Assembly (NCBI RefSeq): GCF_964355755.1
Contig: NC_092676.1
Span: 7,851,888-7,915,887 of the forward strand
Source: Antedon mediterranea
Lineage: Eukaryota > Animalia > Echinodermata
Direction: 5' to 3'
Length of the DNA: 64,000 nucleotides
Below the pieces are notes generated by a model, which had not been told where the DNA came from, did no database searches, and saw only the letters and a list, made by a program, of their open reading frames with translations. This document shows, piece by piece, positions 13,125-26,488 of the stretch. Each line of letters begins with the position of its first letter. The first letter of the stretch is position 1. The position numbers were made by a program, and so were the translations under genes.

Positions 13125-15499
13125 TTAAAAAAATGCAGCAATAGACCTTTGCATAAGTCCTTAATAACAGTTGGTGATGGATATATAGTGATGAATGATT
13201 TCATTGAGAGCTGTAATCTAATCAATCCTATAAGAAGACATGGTCCTTCAATAGAAATGTCATATAATAGTAACTATAGTGGTAACTATACAACAGATTT
13301 AACATTGTGTTTGAAATGCCAGTCATGGCCTTTGTTTTCTGAAGAATTTTTCACAAGAAAAAGACTAAATAACTGGCCATCCAAGTAGCGCGTCAAAAGA
13401 AATTGAATGGAGATTATCATTTTCTCTAGCTGAAAGAGAACTTTGTTTTGAACTTTGTGAACCATATGCCAGGTGCATGTGTGCCCTTAAAGCAATAAAA
13501 AAAAACACCTTATTTTGTATAGTGAATCTGATTCACCAACACCATTCTGTTCTTACTTTATCAAGACAGCTTGCTTCTGGATGTGTGAGACTGTTCCTTC
13601 TAAAGGTCATAGCACTATGGACTTGATAAGGAAGACACTTGATTGGCTGCTAGATTGCTATCAACAGAAATACCTTCCTCATTATTTTATTCGACAGCAA
13701 AATTTAATTGGACATTTATCAAATGGACATTGTGACCATGTGATAGTTATGTTAATAGAAGTTAAAAGACATCTTTGGTGTAGAGTAGTGCAATATGTCA
13801 GCGCAGTTGAAAATAGTGACTTTGTGGATGCTTCTCTCAAGATTCTGAACCTGCCAAAGACTAATAGTTTTATTGACTTTACAAGTCTAAAGTCTACCTT
13901 ACTAAATGACTCCCTTGCCCTTGGTGATATTATTAAATTTGTACGGCAATGTGATGGTGGTTACGTTAACAAGCAATTATATTTTCTAACTTCATTACAA
14001 TTTCCAGGATTAGGATTAGACTATGACAAATCTAAATTGTTTGTTAATTTACTTAACCTCCATTCCAATGACAATATACTTTTTTCAATCTTAGCATGTA
14101 TCAATGAGTTAGTAAGGTTACAGAATCATATTAATTTATACATCATTTATGTTGTACGTTAGGTGATTGCTATACAGCATTATTGACAGTAATACAGAAA
14201 GCACATCCCTTTTCTTATGTTCAGTTCTCTAATTACATGCAAAAACCATTAGCATATTATACATTAGGATCAAACCTTGTCTACCCGGATGGTTGGACTG
14301 ACCACAAATGTGTAGGTAAACAAATTAATGTGATTAAATATTATTACTTAATGGGTAAACATGAAAAACTGAAAGAGATGCTGGCCAAGTTTGAACCAGT
14401 ACTTGATGAAATAAAAAGAGACAAAGATATGTGTTGCAGACTGAGAAAAGTATTTGTAAAATTACCAGCTACAGAAGGTCCTATTCCTTGGGCTGTTGAT
14501 AAGGATATATCTGAACTTCTCAACCATTTTAATATGGCATTTGTTATAAACCCTGTAATTTTCATATTGTATATACAAGCAAAAATATTAAGGACGGAAA
14601 CATTGAAAGTGCATTTGCAAATTTAAATGACATGAGGTATATTTTAAATGTAATTCATGACGGCTGTACTAGTGTGGAAAAAGATGTGACAAAGTCGTTA
14701 ATTAAAATTGTAGAAACTAAACTAAAAATGCAATATTGTAGATACCAAACTTTGAGAAAATCAACTAAAGAAATAAATGTGTTCTAAATATATTTCTTCT
14801 TATGTTTCAATATTATTTATGCTATGTTTTGCCTATCCTCGTGTAAAACAAATTATGTATTATGCATATTGTAAAATCAGCATTAAAACTAAATCACAAC
14901 ATGTTTTGATCGTAGCCTATATTGTTGGGTGAATAAGACATGAGTGAACAAATGGGAGTCAAAATTATTAAAATACAAATAAAAACATATTAACATCTAC
15001 CTCATAAGCATGTAGGCCTACACAAGGAATGGTATACAGTAACAAGAAGTACAAGAATACTCAGTTAACTATATTACTGTATTACAATAAATTATGAAAG
15101 GATTTAAAATGTACATTCATACCTTGCAATGTGAAAGTTCAAATCTTAACACCAGAAATAGTGATATTATTTAATATACTGTATTTATACACCCCGCCTC
15201 CATAGCATAGAACATCGTTTTGACTAAACGCCACCCCAATAGAACATCAGTTTGAATAAATACACCCCCACCCCACATAGAACATCATTTTGAATAAACC
15301 CCATCCCCCTTGAATAAATCTTGTCGGTGAAGCTCAGGTTTCGAAATGATATGTACCGCAGAACTGGCACAATATATAGCCTAAAGATACAATATAACAA
15401 CTCCCCACCACACCCTTACTGGGTATATGTTCAACTTAAATTAATATTTAAAAAAAGTAATGTAGTAAATGTTCTTATTTATTTTCCTTGATATTAATA

Positions 15500-18075
15500 G
15501 TACGATACTGTTTTTCACATTATGTAAAATAAATTCGTGATGGGCATCTTTATAATTTCTAGCAGCGCATCTGCCCCAATATTGACCGTGCTGGCTGCCC
15601 GGTATTCTTCCAACTCTACTGGAAAGCTATTCTGCTACTGTCGGCATCTGACTCTTAGCAGCTACCTTCTTCAAATCCATACATTTTCTGGTTAATTTAA
15701 GACCGTAAAGTAATGCATCTAATGTCAGTCGACTGCTTCACAGTGCAATACTTAGCATACTTATTCAAGACTTTCATTATATATTGGTATATTTATTCAA
15801 AATTCACATACAAATTACATACATGGCAGCACATGGCTGAATTGCATATGTATTACACTATAAAAAATATTTAATCAATAGTATCAACAATACATACATA
15901 TATAAAAACGAATAAATTAGACTGCAGTTACCTCAAATAATACAAGCCAAAAAAATAAAAGAGTTACAGTTTGTTCAAAAGTTCAACCACAAAAGGAACA
16001 GGACTAGTTTGGAAATATTTTGTTTTGTAATTATAGTTTTCCACTTTACGATTATGTCTAAGGGTCATGCAGGATCTATACTGAGGGGCAGGGAACCAGG
16101 TGGAGAATTGTGGAGAATTGACCAGAGGCGTGTGCTTTAGAGGCAAAAACCTTGCAAGAGTGCCATCTTCTAGTGTGGAGTGGTTAAAGATTTAAAATGG
16201 CAGGAGAATCCGAGTATGTTGTATACTCTTTGCCCAACACAATCTTGCAGACACGCTTCTGAATCTTTTCCACCTGATTCATCTGTCCCTGCGTAAGACC
16301 TGCATGCCACAAAGGGGCTGCATACTCAAGCACCGGTCTCAAATAACCTTTATAAACAGAAATAAGTTCATTACTATTAAGACCTGCTTCTCTCAACTTA
16401 CGTATCATAAACATTTTCTTGTTAGCTTTAATACAAATGTTATCTACTTGGCTTTGCCACTTTAAATTGTTTTGAATGATTGCACCTAACAATGTAACTT
16501 CCTGAACTACAACCAAAGCGTGATTAGATATATGCAAATCAGGATAGGGGGATATATGTTTACTAAAATTGATATGCATTGCAAGGCATTTATTTGGATT
16601 TAGTTTAAGTTTATTAATATTGCTCCATTCAAACAGAGTGTCTAAACTAGTTTGAATCGATGTATCACCATTAGTCCTATTTTCACCAAGTGTGAGGTCG
16701 TCTACATATTTCCAGACTTTAATTTTTTATTATTGATGTTAACTAGAGCGTCATTGATCATAGCTAAAAATGCTATGGGACCAATGATTGTGCCCTGGGG
16801 CACTCCACCCATCAACTCAATCCAATCAGAGTACGAATTTTTATATCGGACTCTTTGATTTCTTTCCGTCAGGAAGTCCACCACTCACTGTACGAGTGGA
16901 GGAGGTGCCCCAAGTTCGAGTAGTTTTGTGACTGAGATTTGATGGTCAACTAACTCGAACGCCTTGGAAAAATGTTTTTCGGCTTCTCTGCACCAGAAAC
17001 TAGATGGTGGTAAATATCAATCAGACAGTGGGTGGTGGACAATCCTTTGCGGTTACCGAATTGTCTATAATCAATCCAGGGATTAATTGCCTCAACAATC
17101 CATTTACAAACACGATTTTCAGCAACTTTTGCTAGGCACGGGGTCAAGGAAATCGGGCGTAACTTGTCAATTGATGGTGGGGCCGTTTTAGGGAGTGGGA
17201 TCACATTGGCTTCCTTCTTCCATTGAGTGGGCACTTTGCTCTGCGTAAGGGATGCATTAACTATATTTGTCACTGGTTGACTTAATTCGTATGCTACAAC
17301 CTTTAATAAACGTGGGGGTAAACCATCTGGGCCACCAGCCTTACAAGTGGAAAGTTTATTCATATCGTCAAATATCTCCCAAGGCTGGACCTGGGGAGGA
17401 GGCACTGGGCTAGGTAAATAGGCAGGGAGATCAGTTAAAACCAAAGGTTGTTGTGAGTTGGCGGCTATAACTAATCATTTATTAATAGCATTAGCAGCTC
17501 CTACAAAATCTGTAGGTGCAATATCTGTTATTTGGATGGTAATATCAGATTTGTTCATGTTTGCTAAATACCTGACCGCTTTGTGCCATTTCCCAGGTTC
17601 AGTCCTTTGGAGTCTTCATACTTTATTAATATTCAGTCCGCTATATTCGCTTATGTCTTTAAGTACAGCGGCCAATGCATAGATATCTGTTGCGACGGTA
17701 AGTGTTGCTCCTGTTAGAAGCTCTGGAGCAAGTTCTATATTTAAGGCATTTGATCTTCGCAACCTCTTCGGTCATATTAAAACCACGTTTAATCGATTTT
17801 TCTATTACGCAAACAAATCCAAAATCTACTATCTGGATTTCCAATTCTCCGGCGATTGAATGATAAAGCATGATGTTTCTTCTTGAAGTCATTGTGCAAG
17901 AGTCCGTGTTGATGCATGACTTGTAACCCTTTTGCAATCTTCTCAGCGAGTTTAACGCATCCAAGTGGAGACACTGAGATGTCTTTATCCTCTGATAAGA
18001 AACACAAGTCAAGCAACGTCATAGTTTCTATACTGTGGTAGACGTTTATAAACTCCATCAGGATTATTTTATCAC
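15500..18075 (-). pseudogene. Intronless protein kinase relic (C-lobe), split by a LINE; pieces ~17618-18075 and ~15500-15775
   Basis: ILMEFI (hinge), LLHNDFK, IVDFGF, APELLTGATLTVATDIYALAAVL across frameshifts; a plausible continuation (KYCTVKQS..TLDALL) lies left of the LINE. Confidence 0.7.
15790..17617 (-). mobile_element. 5'-truncated decayed CR1/L2-group LINE (RT ORF2 fragments)
   Basis: KAGGPDGLP, LRPISLTP, QFGNRKGLST, GGVPQGTIIGP, LRPVLEYAAPLW, with frameshifts. Confidence 0.9.
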
Positions 18076-18635
18076 TTCTCGATATCGATTATGTTGTATT
18101 TTTTTCATATTTAGAGGGTATTTATTTGATTTTACATGTTACCATTATTACACCCAAAATATTTCCTGAGAATCGGCACACCTTTTTTCAATTAGTTATT
18201 CAGATAAATAAACGGATTAGGCCTAATTAGTTTTAATTCCACTATGCTTTAAATGCTTTCCGATATTTCAGCTAATTAGGCCTATTTTGACTTGAAACAT
18301 CGTAAACAACAAGTTCTATTATACGTAAAGTTTTCGAAAAAGAGCATCATAAAAAAGAAAAATGTTCCCAAAGTATATATTCCCACTGAAAGATTTGATT
18401 ATAATAATGAATAAGAAAAGTAAAGATATAGAAAATAATGTTTTCACATTACTTTGCTCCACCCTTTTCAAGGTCAATTCCGGATGTTTCAGAATACAAG
18501 ACTAATCAAACGCACCATGGATTATATTCCTTAATCCATGAACGCACCTTTCTACAATTGGCTCACTATCCTTGAGGAAAATCACATCACATATCATTAA
18601 CGATTGTTCAGTTTCAGAATACAGAAACATCAAAC

Positions 18636-18693
18636 ATGAAGATCTTTGTGGTTGATGTCTGCTTATTTGCTGTTTTCATCGAAGCAAGTACTA
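18636..18693 (+). other. Duplicated, diverged copy of the lectin signal-peptide exon
   Basis: Local tandem duplication (~18460-18800 vs ~18820-19120); encodes MKIFVVDVCLFAVFIEAST with a phase-1 GTGGGT donor. Confidence 0.65.
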
Positions 18694-18975
18694 GTGGGTA
18701 TTACACAAGTTAGTTTTAACTAGGCTAAATAAAAAAAAAATATTTGTTTAGCCTCTGGTTAAAAAATGTTTCTGAAACTATCTATATATGGCTGCACCCC
18801 TTTTTTTTTTATAAATTCAAGGTCTAGATGTTTCAGATATAAGATATACATCGAACAATTCAGTAAATGTTTCCTTTATCCGGAATTTTAATTTTCTTGA
18901 TGAAGAGTATAAATATCATCACATTATCATTCGATTCACAATTACTTTCAGTTGCAGAATACAGAGACATCAAAC

Positions 18976-20111
18976 ATGAAGATCTTTTTGGCTGTCTGCT
19001 TATTGGCTGTTTTCTTTGGAGCAAGTAGTGAGTATTACACACGTTGGTTAACTAGGCCAAATATAAAAAAAAATATTTGTTTAGCCTCTGGTTTTAAAAT
19101 GTTTCTGAAACTATTCTATGACGAATCGGTCGATAAATTACTGAAAAAGATATTTTTTTTTGTATTTTGCAGATCATTAAATTATGCACCGGTGCAAAAG
19201 ATTATTTGAAAGGTGTTAAAGCCTTAGAGCTAGCTGAGCTAAAGACAATTTGAATAGCCTAAATAGAGCTGATATTTTAAGTCAAGTTTCTATTTCAGAA
19301 CATTAATTCTCTCTCCTTAGGACGATCAAAGCATATTGATCGAAACGTCAAGAAACTCAACAGTTATTTTCAGAACTAAGATACGTGGTGTATCGCAATT
19401 AACTTTATATCAACATTTGATTTCGCCATGCAAACCTTCAAACAATACATAGAATAATTATTATCACTGGTTATCAAATTTACAGGTGCTGTCGTCACTA
19501 GATATGTGTGTGAACACAGCAGAATATCGATAAACTGTGGAAATCACAAGATTAATGTACTATGTGCTGAATACGGACGGTCCGTACCGTTCAGTACACG
19601 CTGCAGAGGTTCTGCGTCATCGCCTAGTTTGTCGTGTCTTGCGCAAACATCCATCTCAAAGGTAAACCGGCTTTGTGATGGAAAGACATCGTGCAGTGTT
19701 TATGCCAGTAACAGTGTGTTTGGTGATCCATGTCCTGGCACCTACAAATATCTGGAGGTCACATATGAATGTAAGTGGCCTAATGTATATTTTCAATAAA
19801 TGTATTTTCCTCCTCCTTCCACGTGACCTGTATTCCTCATCCACCACCTTCACAAACGTTTATCCAAAATAACCGTGGAATTCAGTTGACTTGTTGAAAT
19901 TAATGATATTCTCCCGATTTAATTTGACTTAGTATAAAAACATCGGTTAAATATAACAAAGAAAGAATCACAATTCAAATATCCAATCAGATATATTTCC
20001 AAATTCATCATTAGGTAAAACAAATACAATTTTGTTATAGAAACAAACTAAAGTGATCGATATGCCCATTTCTAATTATTTATGATTGATTTCATTACAG
20101 GCGTACTTTAA
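18976..20111 (+). CDS. Secreted SUEL-type (rhamnose/galactose-binding) lectin; exons 18976-19027, 19486-19770, 20101-20111
   Basis: Signal peptide MKIFLAVCLLAVFFGASS; domain CE..I.C..AEYGR..C..C..CDGKTSCSVYASNSVFGDPCPGTYKYLEVTYEC; GT-AG introns in matching phase 1; ends CVL*; AATAAA downstream. Confidence 0.9.
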
Positions 20112-20645
20112 ACTGGTGTGACAGATTTTCAAGCAGAAGAATTTATACGATTTTTAAATAACAATTTAATATAAGTTTACAGTTTATCGTGTAGGCCTAC
20201 ACATACATATTTCATAGCTAATAACTGTTGATGTTATGCCAGTTTTTTTTTGTCAAAATAATAAACTAACATCAGTATAATCAAATGTGTCTTTCTTAAT
20301 GACTTTAAGTGTTCATATTATCAATAAAAGCTCATACTCTAATGAATATACCGAACAGTGAAATGTGCAGGATAGAATAATCCTGCATAACACAGACGGC
20401 GCCTGCCCTCTATCTTGAAACATGCATACGATAATCTGGATTTTATTCCAGTTTTCTGGATGTTTAGTTTGGTTATGGATGGCGATGTGTGGAGGTGAAG
20501 AAAAGGATATAAATGGGGTGATTCTTGTATTTTTGTTACAATTTTCAAAGTGGGTAGAAGGAAGTTCAGGTTGGAAACAGTTCGTGGTGACGTGTGTATC
20601 AACGGCGGTTCAACATATAAATATTTATAAGGCAAATTACTGTAA

Positions 20646-21956
20646 CTAGATGATACGCTCGAGTACTATCTAGGTCGTGTCCACATATGGTTCTCGAATA
20701 CACAGTAATTTCAGCGTAAAAAAACTGGCGATTTCAAATGTACGTACCGCATGACTATAAATACATTTTCGTTTTCATAAACGAACAAATAAACACGATG
20801 ATTAATGTAGTCAACTAAAGCACCCTGGGAATTAGGCCTACTTCTGAAGGAGGAACTTGTCTTAAAAATTAGACCAAGTTTTTTAATTTAACTCATTTAA
20901 ATAAACCCAATTTGTGTTTTGTATATAACATTAGAGTTGAAGGATGAGGAAGAGGATGGGAAGAACAATTTTTAAATATATTCTTTATTCACTCAGTAAC
21001 GAATTATTGTTTTAAATGTTTTATAGGCCTATCAATAATTTACCACTAAACACAGTAAAACATTTACGATTTAGTACCTTTTTAAAACTGTCCCTGTTAT
21101 AGTCGGTTGAAATAGTAAAGTACATGTAACGATACACCACTACGACGTTTATATTTTTTATAATTATTAATTAATACAAATGTCGAGAAGAAACTGTCAG
21201 TAATAACGTTTTATTTGTATATTATGTTTGTATATATCCAGCAGTAGAGCCTACCCACAGTCACAGTAATAAATGTTCTTTGTATATTAACAGTAACCAC
21301 ATTCACAGTAAGAAAATTTCGATTCAAATGGCGACCAAAAATGGTTAATACGTACAGTACTTACAATATTGTCAAAGTATTGCAATACTATATCTCAATT
21401 TTAAGTTTATTCTCCAAGGGCCCATAAATTTACCTACTTGTGTTCAAACAAGGGCTCATAAATTTCCCAAACAAACTGGGAGTCTGACTGAGAGATTGAA
21501 ATGTTCCATTCATCGTAAATCAATACATTTGTATAAACGTATATTAAATCTATCAAAATAGTATTCTTTAAGAAAATCGGCCTATCTTCAACATTATGAT
21601 AATGTACTCGAGCTGTTCAAACGGTTTTCAGCAATTAAAAACAATTATCGAAGGAGGAGATAGGAAAATGCGAAGCATCCTCGTATTATTGTGTGCAGGT
21701 ATTTTTCAAGAGGACATCCATTAGACAGGTATACCACGATCAGAAAAAACCCTATTTGGGGCAAATCGTTGAACCTAAATTCGTTTTAATTGTCAATAAC
21801 TAATTATCGAACTCAATTTAATTAGTAAACAGGGTTACATCAGGTGGTTAAAATCAGTATCGAAAGTACGAACCAACTTTATATACCATCGAATAAACAT
21901 TCTAGAAATAACGCGCGATTTACCGAATTTTGCCCTTACGTAAATTTATATATAGA
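20646..21956 (-). mobile_element. Non-autonomous Helitron (copy 1)
   Basis: Minus strand 5'-TC...CTAG-3' between A and T; homologous at both ends and internally to 59953-61175. Confidence 0.8.
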
Positions 21957-23038
21957 TTCATTTTGCCAGTGTGCAAGCAGATCTGTGGACAAGTTTCTCA
22001 AACACAGAACACACGATTTTCATCTTTTTGAATGACGTAATTGAGATAATTAATAGTAAAATTAAATTGTAAATGAAAAAGGTTAATCGGAATCGGTACT
22101 TAAATTGTACGCTTACTGGCTCATTTTCCAAAATACTTTCTTATCAGTGGGGGGATAGTTTAATAATAATAATAATAATATTTATTTCCACAAATAATAA
22201 AGCAAAATACAGAGTAGCATAATACTGTAAACATACAACTGATAATGAACATAAATAATATAATGCAAGAAAAGAAGTTGGTAAGTGGAAAAGGTTCAAA
22301 TTACACAGCAAAATCTCTATTCTTTTGTACACAAATGTTGTAAATATAGAGGCATTTTTAAAAAGCTATGAAAAATAAACGACGTGGTAAAAAATCTTAT
22401 CAGATGACTAAATAAAGGTAATATAACTTGAATTTTACGTTTCTGGTATTTTTATTCAACTTCAGAGTTTTATTTTTTATGCTATAGCAACAATTATCCA
22501 CTGTATATCCACCATCTTTTTTTGACCTTCTAGGGAGTCACCAGACATGTTATTACATTAGACTAAACTACCCAGCTACTGAAAAAAGACTTCCTGGTTT
22601 TCATAGCAGAATGTTGTCAAATGTTGTATTATTTAAGGGAAATTAATGTTTTTTCGTCTAGACTTCTATTACAAATATTTGATTTATGTACAATCAATCA
22701 GATATTATGTTTAAAATTCATGCCTGTACCTGAGCTTTAACTTGAATCGTAACCAACACATTCATAAACATCAGTCTTCAAAAAGCGCCTCCTAAAAAAA
22801 TTAAAATTTCAAAAGTATAAAAAATATAGTCCCCGGGCCACTGAAAGATTCGATTATATATATTTAAAAATCGAAGGTAAAATTAAGAAAACAATACGTA
22901 TTGAACCAATGTATACAATGATTATGTTTAAATAACATAGTATTACACTGACTCCAAATAACAGACAAATTGATTTAACATTTTGATTTTCATTTTATCA
23001 TCAGGAATGAACAACAGATCCAAAGGCAGACAATTATA

Positions 23039-23201
23039 ACTTGGTTCTCACTATTACTATCACGCAACGTGAAGACGTATGCTGCAACGCAAACGCATTG
23101 ACCAATCAAAAGCTAGGCTTATTCCAACTTGCTTGTGATTGGTTTGCGTTGCGGCGTATGAGAAATTTTCTATTGACTATGATTCTAGTGAGAAACAAGC
23201 C
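23039..23201. mobile_element. Small decayed MITE
   Basis: Inverted ends TTGGTTCTCACTA / TAGTGAGAAACAAG and internal inverted GCAACGCAAAC..CCAATCA / TGATTGG..TTTGCGTTGC. Confidence 0.5.
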
Positions 23202-23341
23202 TAAACAACGTTGCGTCCTCATTTACATTTTAAAAAGATTATCTTGGTTTGTTTCCTAATGATGTTACGACATGAAATTGCACGTATACATTAAAATATG
23301 AAACGAAATTATAAGTCTACAGGACCAGCCCACCAATGGTT

Positions 23342-24900
23342 GTAGTCCGGTGGCAGGAGGGGGGAATCACCACCCGAAAGGGGACAAATTGCCCTCCAAC
23401 TTTTCTAGACCAGAATTTTCCGTAGATTACGAATATGGAAGATCGAGATATATTGGGTCAAAATTCAAAATTGACCAATTACAGCAATGTATTATGTATA
23501 TGTATTATAACAAATTTATTGAAGCACAATTTGATCTTTTATTACATTTTTATGATTATAGGTGTCTATTCAATCACCTTATGAAAAAAAAATCCTTTGT
23601 GATTAAGGGTCAAATGTCAATATTGATCAATCATAGAACGTACCTATAAAACCTAATAAAAACTAATATTTAATAAAAATTGGATGTTTTCTCATCCAGT
23701 TAATCACTGATTATACGCAATGTAAAAGAGCGAATACATCATTTCATCAGTTGACATAAGGTCAACTTCATCAGTTGACTTAAGGTCAAATGTCAACATT
23801 TAATATACGTATTAGTCACCAAATACTGTAAATGCAAAATTGTCCAAACTATGATATCGATGGTTTTACAAGTAAAGTTATGTTATTTCATTATAATTTT
23901 GATTAATATAATTATAATACTGTATTTAATCAAATCAGACTTTGATCAGGGTAGGAAGCGTTTTCGAGATAAAGGGTAAAGGGGTCAAAGTTGAAAATTG
24001 ACCAATTACAACAATGTATTATATACATATGTATTATATAACCAATTTATTAAAGTTCAATTTGGTCTTTAATACATTTGTATGGTTATAGGTATCTCCA
24101 CATCAATCAATCATACACAATCAAAAGAGCACATTCATCATTACACCAATTGACATAGGTCAAATGTCAACATTTTAACAAGTGATATACTAAATAATGC
24201 AATAAAGTTGTTCAAACTATGAGATCAATGGTCATAAATGTAATCACGTCAGTTGATCAGTGAAAATATGGTATTGTTTATATTTTTTCTAGTGCGCATT
24301 ATTTTAAATGTATTATTATACTGTAAAATAAATAATAAAATTAATATTATGACTGTTAAAATGTTATGATGTTAAAATATTACGCTGACCTTCAATATTC
24401 GTTTTTGGACAATAAACTACTATTGATCAGAACCAGAGAATACCAATTCGTCCACAGGATAGGGCATAGGCAGATCCAGGTGACCCAGCCCAGCTCACCC
24501 CATCCCCCACCTTTAATTTCGACAATGCAAAATAGGTTAACTTCATCATTTCAATTCACAATTTCTAGGACTCTGGCCATTCACTGATCCCCATCTTTTT
24601 CTATTTAATGATTTTGGATTCGTCACTATGTGTTTGTCTTTCCATTGTGAAGTTCTGCAAATACTGTATTTCAAATGTTTCAATGATTAATTTTCATAAG
24701 GCACCATCAGGATTTATTTCCCTTTATGAAAATATTAAGAGAATATTGCCTGTTTCCCTAGTTGACGACACATTTACTCAGATCTATAATCGTGGTCAAT
24801 AATGCTTTAGATTTTTACTTTTATTGGCTAATAAAAACTGGAATCCACAACTCACTACACAGACAAACCACAATATTTATATAGCCACAGATAGTTTTCC
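23342..24900 (+). repeat. Helentron/Helitron-like interspersed repeat (AAGGTCA-rich)
   Basis: End TAGTCCGGTGGCAGG..CACCACCCGAAAGGGG; homologous to 50934-52320 (direct), 31430-31990 and 54790-54971 (inverted). Confidence 0.7.
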
Positions 24901-26488
24901 TGTGCATTAGTGTAGTACAAATTTTGTTTTCTGAAAAGAAAGAAAACCTGTTTATAATAAGGTCAATCTTTCCCAAGGTTGCATATATACTGTTCAAAGT
25001 TAGCAGTATGATGTCAGGAGAGAATAAACTCTATTCTTTATGCGTTTATCTAACGAACGTAAGATATTTTCATTTCAATTTAAGCTTATCCATAATAAAA
25101 CATTACATAGTATTGGAAAACAATAGACTATTAGGATAAAATGAATGGAACATCAACAATCATTATTGGCAGTGGCAAGGTCGGAGATTTATAGAACCAA
25201 GTCAATGTCAACTAATATAAAACAGCAAAACTTGGAATGATTGTGTTCACTGTAAATGATTATGTCTCTTGTTATCAATCCTGGTGGTCAGGTATAGAGA
25301 TAATCACATTTTTTTTGCAGAACTAGACCGAATAACCAAAATCTTCACAGAATAGTGTCTGGAAGTTGTGAAACTCAACTCAACTCAACTCAACGTAAAC
25401 ATTTATTTTCTTTCTTTCATTCAATAATAAAACAAATGAATAAGGTATTAAAAAAAGTAAGTACGAGTTACAAATAATACATTTCATTAATATAATATAT
25501 AAACACGACAGGCAAAGAACATTAGTTCTAAACCGCCCGGTGATATACTGTAATTTTAATTAATTAATTTGAAACGATAAAGATGAGGAAATATAATATA
25601 AATATATAGCCTATATAGACTATTTTTAGTTACAAACATATATAAATATACATATTTATATATATAAACAAATCAGGCAAAGAACATTAACATTAATTTA
25701 ATTATTTTATTTATTTGTATATATATGCATATATGTACACACACACCTATATATATGTATATATACATATATACATACATACATACACACAAACTCATCA
25801 AACAATAAACATTAATTCTAAACAGCCCGGCGATATACTGAAATATTAATTAATTAATTTGAAACGATAAAGATGAGGAAATATAATATAAATATATAGC
25901 CTACATAAACTATTTTCAGTTACATATATATGTATATATAAATATACAATATTTATAAATAAACAAATCAGGCAAAGAATGTATAAATATATATATACAA
26001 ATATATATAAATCCAAAGGCAAATAACTGAAAAAAATGACAATGCTGTGGGTATCAGTGGCTGGATCTCAATGGAGATACAAAAAAAGCGAAAAACTAAA
26101 TCCAAACGATAAAGTAAACAGCCAGAAAAGTTAGCAGAGCTATATACATACACACACACACATACATATATACAAATCAATTGTGTTGCATAGCACTGTG
26201 TAAATATATATAAATAAATAAATAATTTTATTTTTTTAATATATTGATAACATCAAATAATACCTTATATAAAAAGAACTGCAACATGTGGAAAAAAAGA
26301 TGGCAATCCACGAAAGGCAAGCCTCCTGTGATGTGGAAGCCCACACAATGAAGTAATAAATAAGTTAGACAGAACAACAAACACACAGGTACAGAACAAA
26401 CTTACAGGACACGAACCACAACACAAACAGACATCAACAAACAGAACATGCACAGACACACCCGAAAACACATCACCAGGGGAAAACA

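Larger units (their letters stand above)
5063..14787 (+). pseudogene. Mab-21/cGAS-like receptor (cGLR) pseudogene; coding pieces ~5063-5402, 8331-8474, 11340-11484, 13129-14787
   Basis: After removing three TE insertions: YLVGSANEA, GDYDKM, QPVYLKLK, RHGPS, TDLTLCLKCQSWP, RLNNWPS, EWRLSFSLAERE, CSYFIKTACFW, LPHYFIRQQNLI, which are ordered Mab-21 motifs. Also has stops, frameshifts and an internal deletion. The start position is uncertain. Confidence 0.85.
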
